A stretch of 64,000 bases of DNA from Nymphaea colorata (GCF_008831285.2 NC_045138.2:29884001-29948000); one strand, 5' to 3'; counted from the first letter of the stretch, positions 40,209-53,335 are shown. Translations and numbers: made by a program. The notes: generated by a model from the letters alone, not told the origin.

Positions 40209-43200
40209 TTACTCGCTTACTAAAGAAGGGTTTGAGGTCCTTCTCCACCTTCCCAGTATTTCCCTTCCCTGTAGCAAAAAATCACAAAGAACCATGAAGT
40301 AACACCTGAGTATCTCTTTCTCACTAGAATAGAGAAATAATTTATATGGCAAGCGAACCAGGATTATTAAACTCATATGTGGGCACAACTTCTTTCATGT
40401 ACATGTAAACAGAATGCTTGCTAACATATATTCAATTTTAAGAACACATTACAGATTTCATCTGCTCAGAAGTTGTGCAGCCCATGAACTATCTCGTTCA
40501 TTCACGAATCACGAGGCATTGGCTGGTTGGCAGAGCAGATGGCTGATCTGTCCTTGCATAAGCAAAGTCCTTTACATAGTCTCACAGATTCTCACTGGGC
40601 AAAGCATGATATGCATGAGCCGCAGTTTTGGACATCCTCCAATGTCCAAATGTCATTGATTACAATTGGAACTAACATTAAATTTAGGAACTAGATCCTC
40701 TTCCTTACACTTAAAATGAAGTGACAACTTGTAAAACACAAAATAAAGGCCAATTATTAAGTGTAACAAAATAAATTGCAGTAAGAGCTCCAGTATCCTG
40801 AATGACTGAAACACAAAGGCCCGCTTTTGAGTCATATTTCCGATAACTTAGCACCATTCACCAGTGGCACTATTGCATATTATGAACAATGGGAAACACG
40901 TCCTTAAAACCCACAACATCTGAGATAATAAATCGAATAATTACAAGGTAGATTACATTTCAAATCAGCCTTTGATAGGGAACAATAAAATCTAGTTGCT
41001 CTTAATTCTTTTAACGTGTCGCAGTTCAATTTAAAAGAGTGCCAACTGAATTGAGCTCCCCCCTTCTAGTTTTATTCAAGCATTATTTGGTGCGCAGTTT
41101 TCATGAGAAAGTAAGATCCACTTAGGTAATCCAAGGATGCTAACTGAAAAGAATCACCTTAGCAGTTCCTAGGGATGATATACCAGAACTTTCCCGTGCT
41201 GTTTTATATCTTCAATCTCTCTCTCACTATCACCTGGCACAACTATTTTAAAGAACTCATCCACGAAATGTCAAAAGGGTGGACCCCAAATACACTCAGT
41301 GGTTAGACAGTCACACCAAAAAATGGCTTTCCAACATGTTGCTATGGTATCTATTATGTCTGAAGCAGACAATACAATGTGCAACATGCACTTTGAGCAA
41401 TGAATATTGAATACCTTAAAAATCTCAAAATGATAATAAGGTTGCTTCTCATAAAATTTTCACTCATGGAAAACCAGACACAAGAGAAAAAACAATCAAC
41501 ACTAAGGTCAGATGAAATATGGCACTTCGACACTGACTTTTATTCTTGACACTACTGAGCTATATCAAGTGAAATGTTTATAACATAATCTAGACAAAAG
41601 GAACAAGAAACATAGATATGCATACAGACCTTACGGCTCTCCACTGCATATTCATTATCTTCAACCTTTATTACCTCGAAACCAAGTGCACGTAGAACTT
41701 CATCATAACTGCAGAGTGCAGAAACACCATGCAAAAAGTTTTACATCCATCCTCTTTTTTCCAATGCTAGCATATATACCAACCTCAAAGAGTATAATAT
41801 AAGACAAAGGATTGGACATTACGCTTCAACAGAAACTTTAAATGGTGGACCTCCACTATGATCATCAACCTGCCTCACAACAGTAGCCATTTATCAGTCT
41901 ACTTACTTCAGCCACTACCATGAACAGTGAAAGATCTCTTGATTCCCAGTTTATGAAGAGGCATTGGGCAATTCAAATAAACATGCTAGTACCACTTTGA
42001 ACTTACAGACTATCTTACTATAGGTTGAAAACATTGGCAGCACTTGTTTATTAAAGAGGATTACAGGTAAAATGTATGTCTAGAATGTTCCTAGTGTGAC
42101 ATTCATCATCATATAGTTGAAACTTTACAAAACCAATAACAGAAATATGTAATGACTTCACTTCAGTCTTTAACCAAGAAGACAAGCATCTGCTAAAAGG
42201 AAAGGATGCGAAAGGAAGCACAAACTTTACCGGGAACATCAAAATAATAAGCTCCCCATCGACTGTCAAGAGCTCATGCATGCGTTTTGCCCAAGCTGAC
42301 CTCATGCTTGGGTCAATAGCACAGAAAAACCTACATTTTCCAAGCAAAGAATTAGGATGGACAAAAAAATCATTCAATTAAGCTGATTTGGAAGCAAGCA
42401 TTGTGCAAGAAACTTGCGTGTAATCAAAGATAAAATCAAACGACTCTGTTGTCTTCCAATTGAAAAAGTCCGCAGCAACAAAGGTGAAGTTATCCACGTT
42501 TGGGACTGAGGAAAACAACTGCATAGTGTTAAGAACCAGAAATTACATTAGTTGCTCATAAGTCCATTTGCACTAACTGTAAATGCAATAAGACAAAAAA
42601 GAAGACCCAAAGCACACACATTAAGCAATCCATTGACCAGCAAAAATAATGCACATGAAAGACCAGGGTGATTATTGCAACAATAATTTAAATCAATTCA
42701 TGATAGTACATATCTCTATATAATCTTACAAAGAGAAAAAAGTTCAAGCATGACTAATTCATAAGTGAGTAAATTAGCAGTTTAACAATGAAAACATGAA
42801 TGCTCAAGAATACTTACTTCTCTAGAACGTGCCATAGCCTTTTCTGATATGTCCAAACCTACAACATAACGTTCAGGACTGGCCATTTCCACTACATCAT
42901 ATCCCTGCAAGGAAGAAAACAAAGGGAAAACTTGAAATAATTAACATAAACCTTGAAAATAGTTGCAGGACAAAAAAGAAAGAAACATCCCAGAAGCAAC
43001 AAACATAGCATCATTATTAAGGTTAATTGTTTATTGAACTGCAAGCTAACTTTCAGCCCCCTATTATTTGACATGATGGTGGAAGGGCTTTGAATAAACA
43101 TAAAGCAAGTTAAGAAATTCTTTCCAAGATGGCCAGCTGACTGTGGCATGTTTTTCTTTATTCAACAACTTTTAGATAAGTTACTCGAAAGCTGCTGGCT

Positions 43201-45028
43201 TCTTTCCCTAGTAACAGCTCTATAAAGGAATTTTTGCAAATAAATGGCCGAAAAATCTATATGTCTGTAAGATGACCGAGCATGACCTACAAGGAGTCCA
43301 AACAAAACAGCTTATGTACTTCATGAAATCTGAAGTCTGCAAATCACAGAACACAAGTAGATATATATTGCCTATACTGACTGAATATACCGACCTATTA
43401 GGGAAACCAAACACCTTATAGTTATGTCAGAGGATGCTGTCATTTCCAATTCCAAACACTTCAAGCACTCAAAGTTTCACAATTGCTGGACTTAATTGGA
43501 ACCTATCAGATAGCTCGAAGATGTATGTGCATAAAGAGACTTTGCAAGCTACTCAGTGGCTCTGATACAACTTGTTCCAAGTTAAAGCTGAAGTTCGCTA
43601 CAGAGCAAACATTATCAGTAAATCATGCAGTAGAAGCCATAGAAAGACACTTTTTGGGCTAGAAATCAGTATGTAGATACCCGGATATCATCTTTTAGGC
43701 CAGAAACTCTCAATTAAACCATTTAGTTCAAAAACCAAGGATCCTCCAACCGAATCTGATCATAACTTCGGAATACCAAGAAGCCACAGAGATTAATAAG
43801 CATGCCCAAGCTGATATGCAAGAAGCTAAGTCTAAAGTCCGACAACTAGCCCCATTAAATTAAAAACTATGCATAATAGAAACTTCTTGAAACTGAACTC
43901 CGCAAAATTCATGATAAATAAAAGTTGTAACGACACTTACGGTACCACATCCAGGGACGAGGCCCCTGCCTTTTGGGAGGGAACCAGACTGAACTAGATG
44001 AACCACCAGTGGGGTTGCCTGTCCTAAATCCCAGGGTATAACTCCGTCCTCGTAACACTTATTCCATCGATCTAAGTCACCATTAAAATCCAGATATATA
44101 ATTAGGAAAAGCTAAAAATTAAGGAAAAAAAATAAAAACAGAGGTTGGTGGAAAAGAAAATACACAATCAACACATTGCCAAGCATCATTTAAATCGACT
44201 TGAGATTTAAAGCTTCCAAATTGGAGTCCCCGATACTCCAGACGGGTGTCCATTTGTGAGAAAACCAAATTAACGACAATATATATATATATATATATTG
44301 TCGTGAATTTTGGTATATATATATATATGGCTATCGTAATTGAGAACTGAAACATTAACACCAAGCAACAGTCAATACAAAAACATGAAAAATATGCACC
44401 CCCTACGTTGGAAAGATGGATACATGAAAAACTTAGCTATTGACAAATTCATGAACAGCAGGCAGATTTTTCTCAAGGAGGGCGTATTGCCCGTATCGGT
44501 CAATACACATTGCCTCGGCCCTTCACTAACATGCTGCAAGAGTTGATAGATGGTCTTTCAGAAACCGGTGAAGCTTAGCCTGAATCGGCTAACCCGTCCC
44601 ATATCAGCTCCTTACTCAATAAAAACAACGACAGTTTTTTATTGTTTTGCATTCTTCAAGTACAAAAGACATTTTAGAATGCCAATTTAGATTTCCATGA
44701 TGATTAGATAGGGCAAACTCAAGTCAACTTTTGTTCATTTTCAAAATGATTCGCCGCTTGTTCTGAAATCATCATCAACAAAAAGAACAAGTTAAAGACG
44801 ATTAAGTAGTGAACCTTGGGAAGAGCCTGACGATCGGGCACTTGGGCAGAAGCTTTTAGGCTTGCCATCGTCATGATCATCACCATCCTCCCTCCTGCAC
44901 TTCAGACACTCCATGTTTTGCCGCTCAGCTTGGGAAGAGCCTGACGTTTGTGTACTTGGGCAGCAGCTTTTGGTCTCGCCATTGTTATGATCATCACCAT
45001 CTTCCCTGGTGGACTTCAAACACTCCAT
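40209..45028 (-). CDS. HOL: Thiol/halide (thiocyanate) methyltransferase, HOL/TPMT family, copy B (tandem paralog)
   Basis: Exons ~45028-44815, ~44071-43941 ([31 protein letters not shown]), ~42904-42818, ~42518-42418, 42330-42231 ([17 protein letters not shown]), ~41869-41823, ~41708-41630, ~40268-40209 ([19 protein letters not shown]). Same intron positions as copy A. Confidence 0.9.
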
Positions 45029-46586
45029 GTTGAGCTGATGAGCTTCTCCAGAGGCAGGATCTTCAACCCCTCACCCTCTTTTTATAGACAGATAAGCATT
45101 TCTTGGGAGGTTGGGATTGGGACACCAGAACGTGACAAGAGGCACGCCATTACTGGTGTCTACCTGTGGTCCAAGATGTGTACTGGATCTCAAAAAAAGA
45201 CCTAGGAAGATCCAGATCTCTTTCCGCTCCAAATATAAACAATATATTTGGATCAAACCCGTCCCCTTCAGAACTCTGTTACATAGAGCTGCCATGATTT
45301 CTTCCAACCATGTCCACTCTGATTTATTTGAGTTTAAACCTGGATTTGGACACGAATCCAACAACGTATGAAATGTTTGGCTTTGGATCCACCTATAAGA
45401 TACATATTCTTATCGAAGTCGCTTTCAGGAAAAGCAAAAGGGAAACTTGTAATGCGTCAGGGCTGACTTCACGCCTTGAAAATAATCTATTATTCAAAGT
45501 CCAAACTTGAAAAAGGTAGGCGTCAATGGATTTGGCCCTGCCCAATCACTCAATCCGAGCTATTATTGTTATAAATACACAATTCATGTTTAATATATTG
45601 TTTCGTGTTTTGATCTTATGGGAAATTAGACTAAAAATGTTTTGAATACACCTGCATTTATTTGCAGAATGCATCAGCAGATCAATATTCGACTAATCAG
45701 TACCGTGTTTGTACATACAGCAGAGATCAGAAATGAAAAATTCTGCATTGTAAAATGTGCTTGGACCACTGAAGTATAGTGCTTTATTTATAATCGTTTA
45801 TCTAATGTTTATCCCTAAGAATGGAGTACTGAAGTTAGCTATCTCTACAATTTGAAAGATTTATAAGTTTGATGATTCTAAGCAGATGATGAGCCTGTCA
45901 GCTCAAGAGCAGTTTATGGGAAGAAAATTTACAATATTTAAACAAAAAAAATATATTGTTGGTAAGGTTTTGATTAATAATTACAATTTCTCAAAAATTG
46001 AAGATTTTGATTCTAAAATTCTATGATTCTGGTATATCAAACACTCTTTTAGTAAATGACCCATGAAAGCAAAGGGAAGCCATCAATGGCGGAAGTAAGT
46101 TGTGGCTGTTGAGCCAATTCCTTCAAGTCTTTTGTTGGCCATCTATCTAATTTCATAGGTGGATAGAACCGCCATGCTATTACTATTTTTTTCTTTTTTT
46201 TTTTTTTACTTTTTTAATCTAAGTCCAACTAAGCTGGGGGGCTGTGGTTTTAATAAATGAGTTTCAAGCTCATTTTAAAAAGTTGTATTTATATAGGGCG
46301 ATTTGAATAATTAAAATAAAAATTAAGATTAAAAAACCATGGAATATACAATTGAAAAAAAAAGGTTTTTAAGAATGATTTTCCCTGCATTTATTAGTGC
46401 TTGCTAAGACAAGGGGTTAAAAGTAAACGTGTAGTGAGGTTTTCTGAATATGAGCTTTATTTCGGGGGTTAAAGTAGCATTAAATTTTCAACGACGTCCA
46501 AGAAAAGCGCGTCCACGAGAAGGGGAGAACGGAGAGAGGGATGGAGGGAGAACTCATGGTCCGCGGCTGCAAGGGAGCGAAGGGGG

Positions 46587-46595
46587 AAACCCTAG
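46587..46595 (+). promoter_or_regulatory. Telo-box-like motif upstream of the membrane-protein gene
   Basis: AAACCCTAG in a GC-rich promoter/5' UTR region. Confidence 0.35.
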
Positions 46596-47054
46596 ATTCT
46601 TGAATCTTCTGAAAATTACAGTTGCAGGAGCCCCACGAATTTGTTCAATTCTTATCCATTAACTGCCTCCTTTTTGCCCGCCATAATCATGTCGGTTTTC
46701 CTCAAAACCCAAAAAATCGAGCTCCAGGAGCACTCGACCACGCGCCCTGAACCCCGCGATTCCTCGTCCATTTCCACCGTCCTCCACGTTACCGAGCGCC
46801 GGATTTAGTGTTCGGAGGATTGATGATATCCCCGTCCGGATCCCGATCGATGTTACCTGAATTTCGTCCTTCTTGTTGTTCCAATTCGATGATGCTGCAT
46901 TTTGGCCAATCAAGGGTTGCTAATTGGCAGCATTCGCAATCAGAAATCCTGAATTCGGCGTGGGTTTTTTGAGGTTTTCACGGAGGGGAGCCGCGTGCGG
47001 AGATTTTCCAGGTTTTGGGACTTGCGGCAGGTTTTCATTTCTCTCCCCTTTCGC

Positions 47055-50000
47055 ATGGCGATAATTGGGGACGCCCTCCGGCAGGCCTTCATGCCGAGAC
47101 ATGAGTATGATAATCTGAGGGAAGAGGAGAAAGCGTGGGGACGGATCCAGCGGCCGTTGGTTACCGGCACGGTGGCGCTTCTTTGGTTTGCAGTGCTTCT
47201 TTCTGCTTCCTTAAGCCTGAACATTGTGTTTCCAGCCGACGGTGGCGACCGGCCTCTGTGCGATGACCGCCGGATTCAGCCGTTACCCGTCGTGCCTGAG
47301 AATAGATCCGAGGGCGTCGAGTTGTTGCCCCACGCGTATTACTTGACGGACGAAGAGGCGGCTCAATATTACTGGGTAGTGGTGTTCATCCCTTCTGCTA
47401 TCCTCTTCCTGTGCTCGGTTATTTACCTCTTAGCAGGTAAATGTTTCAACTTCTGTCGTCTCATCACCTTAACAACTATCGCCACCACTTTCGTTTTGGT
47501 GGACTTCCATATATGTAGCCACCACCCAAATGTGGGACTTCTTTGCTTCTGAAATTGCAGTAGTCTATGGTTACCGACTTACCGTTAAAGTATTGAAAGA
47601 TATCTTACATCATTCAGAACGTGTCTCTTGCATCTCTCTGTTCACGTTGATGGTTGGTTTTCCTTTCGTAGGAATAAATTATGAATGAAGGCGGGTATGT
47701 GCTAGTTATTTTTATGCACGCTTACTACGGCCACCGACATCGTCCTTTTGTTGTTCTATGCCTTGTGATGTGTATCTTCATTTGTTCGTTCATTAGATTT
47801 TGGGGAGAAGAAAGAGGTTCTATTTTTTTTTCCTGCCTTCTCTGCCACTTGCTTATAAGGAGGGATTTTAGAGTGAACTCGATTATTGTCTTCGTTGAAA
47901 CATTGGTTTCTAGTATGACTAAGAAATTGCATAATACTTGGTTTTAGTCTCTCCAGTTTGCGATAGAGGGTAAGTTTGGTAGAAAAGCCATAAAATCAAC
48001 CCAGTCGTTCTAAGTGGGGAACATGATAAAATGGCGACAGATCTTCATTTGTGCATAGTTTGATAGCATAACATTCTACTTGGGTTTAGTGTTCTGGAGC
48101 CAATTATTGCTAATCCTCTTTGGTAAAGATGACCGCACTTCCCGATGTCCTGTGCGACGCTTGCTGGTCCTCAATGATAAAACTTGTAGTTCTTCAATGC
48201 ATTTATTGAAGATATTGACAAATACGCAAATAAATTCAGCAGATCTGCTTTTTCTTCTACTGTAATGAAGAGGAGCTAGGTACACCTAACAGCATTTGAA
48301 ATTTCACCTTTATAATAGTGTCATCTTTGAGTTATGGAGACCCATCATCATCTGTGGTGAATGTGCAGTTACTTGATATTGTTGGTAAGTTGATAATCGA
48401 CAGTTTGGAAGGCCTGTGAGGATTGACAGCAGCATTTTTCAAAATGACTCAAAAGGAAGTTCAAGTTCAAATGGTTAGAGTGATGTTGGTGCCAGAAGTT
48501 TTTCTCAGGGATATGGTAGATATGGTCCACTTGAAGGAGGGTGGACAAAAAATTAGGCAGCATTTTTTCGCATCTGCTCCAACATGGACTTGCGTTTGGA
48601 AGTGGTTCCATAGGATGGCCTTCTTTGAGGGTGAACTTTTGGTCAAAGCTCTAAGCCATGATCCTGGATGGCCAGGATTATAGAAGCCTTTGGACCTGCC
48701 AACCTATGATTGTTTGCACTTTGCAGTGTTCTTGTCTCATGATTTTTTTGAAATGCTGGTGTGTATAGCAGTTTGTTTCAGTGTTGTACGTATCGTACGA
48801 TACATATTATTGCAGTTTCAAAAATACGATATGATACACCACCTATATCGTAAATAGGTGGTGTACCGTGCCTGTATTGCACATATATTATATGATACAA
48901 GCACTGTATCCTACGATGCAGTTACAATACAGTGATTTTTACTGATTTTTTATGATTTTCTTCTGATTATTTTTTTAAAATATGATACAGTTACGATACG
49001 CTACAATATTTTACGATACAACGTATCTTAAAGCTAGACCAATACTGCTTATGATACGTTTTTTACAACATTGGTTTGTTTTCCACTTCTTTGGTGCGTT
49101 AGTTTTTTATATCTTCTCAATAATGGTAGGAGCCGAGGAGGTCCACACCCACGTTCAAGGGTAATAGATATGTGCAAAGCTCGGAGATGATAGTTTTTCT
49201 GATTCCCGCAGCTACTATAACCGATTCATTTATAATCCGGCCTTGTTAATGATAAGAAAGCCAACCTCCAGCACGTTCAAGGGTAATAGATATGTGCAGA
49301 GCTCGGAGATGATAGTTTTTCTGATTCCTGCAGCTACTATAACCGATTCGTTTATAATCGGGCCTTGTTAATGATAAGAAAGCCAAGCACGTTCAAGGGT
49401 AATAGATATGTGTAGAGCTCGGAGATGATAGTTTTTCTGATTCCTGCAGCTACTATAACCGATTCATTTATAATCTGGCCTTGTTAATGATAAGAAAGCC
49501 AACCTTGTCACGATTAGGTATAAAGCTAGAATGCAGTTTCTGACCTAGGTTGCGGTTGAAACTGAATTTGACTCCATGTATAAATGATGTTCTATATGGC
49601 TTGCACTGTCTTTATTTGTATCTACTGGTTGTTGTGTTCATGTGTTATGAACATGATTATTAGTTAAATTCAGCATAAGACACGAGTCAGAGTTGATAAT
49701 TTATTGAATGGCATATGCAAAGCTTGGTTGGCTAATCGGCTTAATTTCTTGCATGAGTAGCTTTTAAAGACACTTGACCCTCAATAGTCAACTTGTCTGG
49801 GTTCCATCTATGACTCAATTACTAGGTCAAGCACTGGCAGTGTGTGCCAAGGGAACCCACCTGGTGGATGACTTGTGCTGGACTTGCTTACATTGGTTGC
49901 CATGACTTTGAGCCCCTAAATATTTTAGTTCTTCATGCCAGTCAGTTTCTGGTCAGACATTTGTTGAATGTTAAGGTATCTAGTCTTCATAAGTGGCAAC

Positions 50001-51541
50001 TATTTTTGGTTTAGTGATGACATCATCCTGTGGAAACAAATTGAGATCAGTCACCAACTGTGCCTGTCGCCCAACAACTGGGACCATCTGGTCTTGGAGT
50101 TGCCAGTGTACTGGTGGCAGTACATTGAAAACCAGATAAGGGGTAACAGGTGGCGATCTGATCTCTACTCTGTGAGAAGTAGAGTTCAGACAACTGTGCT
50201 ATTTGATGTTTATGTTGACAGCTCTTGAATGCCCAAAGAATTGGGTTTCATGACCCTTTCTGAACCATTAGTTTCTTTGTGTGTTTATGTGCTACTCCCA
50301 CACAGTATTAACTGTTAAATAATTTGCACATGTTGTTTAAGGATGTCTACTTTTCACGTTTAATGATATATCATATGTGAATACTTATAAACAAAATCCT
50401 GATCACTGCAGGAATGGCTGTTGCATATGCTGCTCCTGCAAGACATGCATGCTTGAGGGTTGTTGAGAATAACTACTGTGCTTCAAAGAGGGGTATGCTC
50501 TAAATTTCTAATTGAAGAAAACCTTTTTTTTTGTGCAATTGCTCAATGAGTTGCACCTATAATTTTTTATCTTTCCTTTCCCAATCTGCTGCAGTCCATA
50601 ACGATGAAGAATAGTCGAATCCAATTTTAATTCTCATGGCAATTGGTGTGTTCTCATTTTAGTTCCTAGAGTCCATTGACTTCATTTTTAGCTTGGATAG
50701 AACTACCAACACCAACTTCCTGTATAATTCATTTAGGATGAACTCATCGATCTGTCAACTCTCTAGGCTCGGTTGGCCTGAGAAAAGTGTCCAATGGAGC
50801 AGTAGTTGATCATAGGAATGAAGGTTTAGTGTCAGCTGCCCAATATGGTTGAGACATGAAATCACCTGCCTTTTGTGTTGGACCATTGCTTGAGAAATGG
50901 CAAGTGATTAGCGATACATACTTCATCTGTGTATACAGAACAATTAATTTTTGGACCATCATGCTGTCTTTGCTTTATCTGTGTTCTACTGTTTTTTTTT
51001 TTTTCTCAATTTGGTATTTCTCATCTTTGGTATGGATCTGTCAGCGAATGCTGTTGATTCAACTCTTAAACGGATATGGGGATTTAGTGTGCCTAAAGTT
51101 TGTATCATGTTTGTGCCTGTAGGGCATTTGTTTATTTATAATTTGTGAGACTTTTTCTTTTCTCAATCAGGTGGAGTCCGCTGCTTGTCCATTCTCAACT
51201 TAATATTTGCTGTTGTTTTTGGACTCCTTGCCTTATTCATGGGCTCCAGCATCCTCACATTAGCAAGTAACTGTTCAACGGCCCTGTTTTGGTGCTACGA
51301 AGTGTTCAGCTGGGGGCTTGTGATCCTGTATGGAGGCACAGGGCTCCTTCTCCGAAGGAAAGCTGCAGCTATTCTCGATGAAGGTGAGGTTGCAGGCAGC
51401 CGGACCATTGGTCTGGAAATGCTTGAGGCTCCAATGGATGTGACACCAGAGATGGCAAGGCGAGCAAACGAAGGTTTCAAGTCTTGGATGGGTTCGTCGC
51501 TGCTTTCTTCTGATGACGAAGAAGGTCCTGAGAACTGGTGA
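47055..51541 (+). CDS. Conserved plant multi-pass transmembrane protein of unknown function
   Basis: Exons 47055-47436 (MAIIGDALRQAFMPRHEYDNLREEEKAWGRIQRP...), 50412-50492 (MAVAYAAPARHACLRVVENNYCASKR), 51171-51541 (GVRCLSILN...NEGFKSWMGSSLLSSDDEEGPENW*). Phases join in frame; about four hydrophobic segments; resembles a conserved angiosperm uncharacterised family. Confidence 0.85.
48779..49073. mobile_element. hAT-type MITE with perfect 8-bp TSD
   Basis: TIRs CAGTGTTGTA / TACAACATTG, internal CGATAC/GTATCG repeats, flanked by GTTTGTTT at 48771-48778 and 49074-49081. Confidence 0.9.
49150..49504. repeat. Three-copy ~116-122 bp tandem repeat in an intron
   Basis: Units starting CACGTTCAAGGGTAATAGATATGTG at 49150, 49272 and 49388, with few substitutions. 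Confidence 0.95.
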
Positions 51542-53229
51542 CTAGCAGCAGATGACAAAAGAAGAGAGACTTTCAGGTGCTTTTGGCATTCTCTAGCTCA
51601 TCCAGACTGGTGGATGTCGTGAGACATAAGGTAGGGAACAAAGGCGTTTCCTGCCATCCGGCTGCAAATGGTTGTCTTTTAATGTAATCTGTAAAGACAG
51701 GGTATTCGTGGTGCCATCACTTGGAAAGCCTGTCATCTTCAGCGGGAAATCTGTAAAGAATGAAAAGATGAAAATGAAAACCTTTGATGGTTTAGAAAGC
51801 TTGTTCAAAGTTCAAATTAATTCTTTGAAGCTATCATTGTTGGGCATAAGTAACAGAATATCATGACGTCAGCTCAAGTGATTTCACCTAATTTTCGCTT
51901 TTCACGTTATTGATGATTCTGCTTCTACACTTGATCCTTTTTATGTGTGATGCAGGTGTGAGGTGGCCACTAGCGAGGGTGCAGTCGGCAGCGTAGTTGG
52001 GAGCATGTGAGCCTCACTGCCTTCGGAGTTCGTGTCTTGCTCTGCTCCACCACCAACTCCTCACGGGGCATCTGCAGAGAAATGGGGAACATGGTGGCGC
52101 ATGGCTAACTCAGCACCTTTCGGCGGGTGGACTGATGGGGATTTATATTAAAAACAAATTAAAGTCGTCCAAATAATTATAAACTACTAAAATCAGTGTC
52201 AAAAAATCAGGATTCAGATCAGCCTGTTTCCATTGATACAGTATCTCATGTTGGCGCTAGAAAAAAGAGAAAAAAAAAAACAGCCCTCTTCCTTCCTCTC
52301 TCCCTCCCCCATTGAGGCCCTGTATCGGTAAATGAGATATTCAAACGATGAGTGGTTGACAGAAGTTACAGAACCAAGCCCGCTCTCTCCTGCACACACA
52401 CACACACACACACAGAAAGATGCAGTGGGCAGGTGGTCCCTTGCAGATTCGATGGAAAACAAGGGCGGAAAGATGTTCAATTCTATACTACAACTTGAGT
52501 TTTACCAATGGCGACATTTGTATACACAATAAGAAATTCAGGAAGATCAGAAAGCCTATTTCTCTGGAATTTGCAAACAAACAGGCCCTTAAAGCTGGAG
52601 CGTTGGTGACCCATTTTGTGTTTCCTTTGCTTTGCTGCCTGCCTATAGTAAGTAATGGCGCATCAACTTGCTTCCGACGGGACACAGCCTTAGAGATGAA
52701 TTATCTTTATCGATAGGTGGCTTGAATCCGTTTCAGGCATGCTCAGCTCCCATCGGAAGTAGGTCCAAAAAATTCAAGTAAACGCAATGGAGTCAGATTC
52801 AATCATTGAAACTTGTTCTTACTTTTTCAATATTTTCAGTTAAAACCTAGAAGGGTATTAAGGTTTTGACTTACTTCGAGACTTGGGTGAATCTATTATA
52901 TGGTATATTTTTCAATTCAGTTATCGTATTTACTATTTATTATCACTTGCAGCTTAGAAGAGTAACACATTGGAAGGTGAAAGCAATCACATGATTCAAA
53001 TTCAGACATGGTTCAAATCTCAGACCCCTCAAGTGTTGGCTTACTTGATCAATTTGACTTTCCAAGTTTGAACGCCTTCCTGTGCGTGAGACCCACCAGT
53101 GCACTCACTTTTAACCATCACTTGCATCGAAAACCTTGAAAGATTGACGGGGGCAATATGCATGGTTCCCCATTTGCTTGTATCAATCTTTAAAAAATGC
53201 CTTAGTTAATTTTTTATTTTTTTTTAATG

Positions 53230-53335
53230 CATCAGGCCGTATCGGCCAACATGAGCCGAGTCAGCCGCATATCGGCCCTCATGTCGGGTCAACATAGGAC
53301 CGATACGATACATATTGGTACGGGCCGATATAATT
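53230..53335. mobile_element. Degraded hAT-like MITE fragment
   Basis: Clustered GTATCGGCC / CCGATACGATAC motifs like those inside the 48779 element; no clear TIR or TSD. Confidence 0.35.

Noticed and set aside
45071..45073. Programmed readthrough or selenocysteine at the HOL copy B TGA
   Set aside because: The context (TGA GGG) is not a known readthrough motif and flowering plants lack selenocysteine machinery; simple loss of the extension is more parsimonious.
49150..49504. Tandem array as a CRISPR array or snoRNA cluster
   Set aside because: No unique spacers and no cas genes in a eukaryotic intron. The ATGATA/CTGA words do not form a canonical C/D box pair at a plausible spacing.
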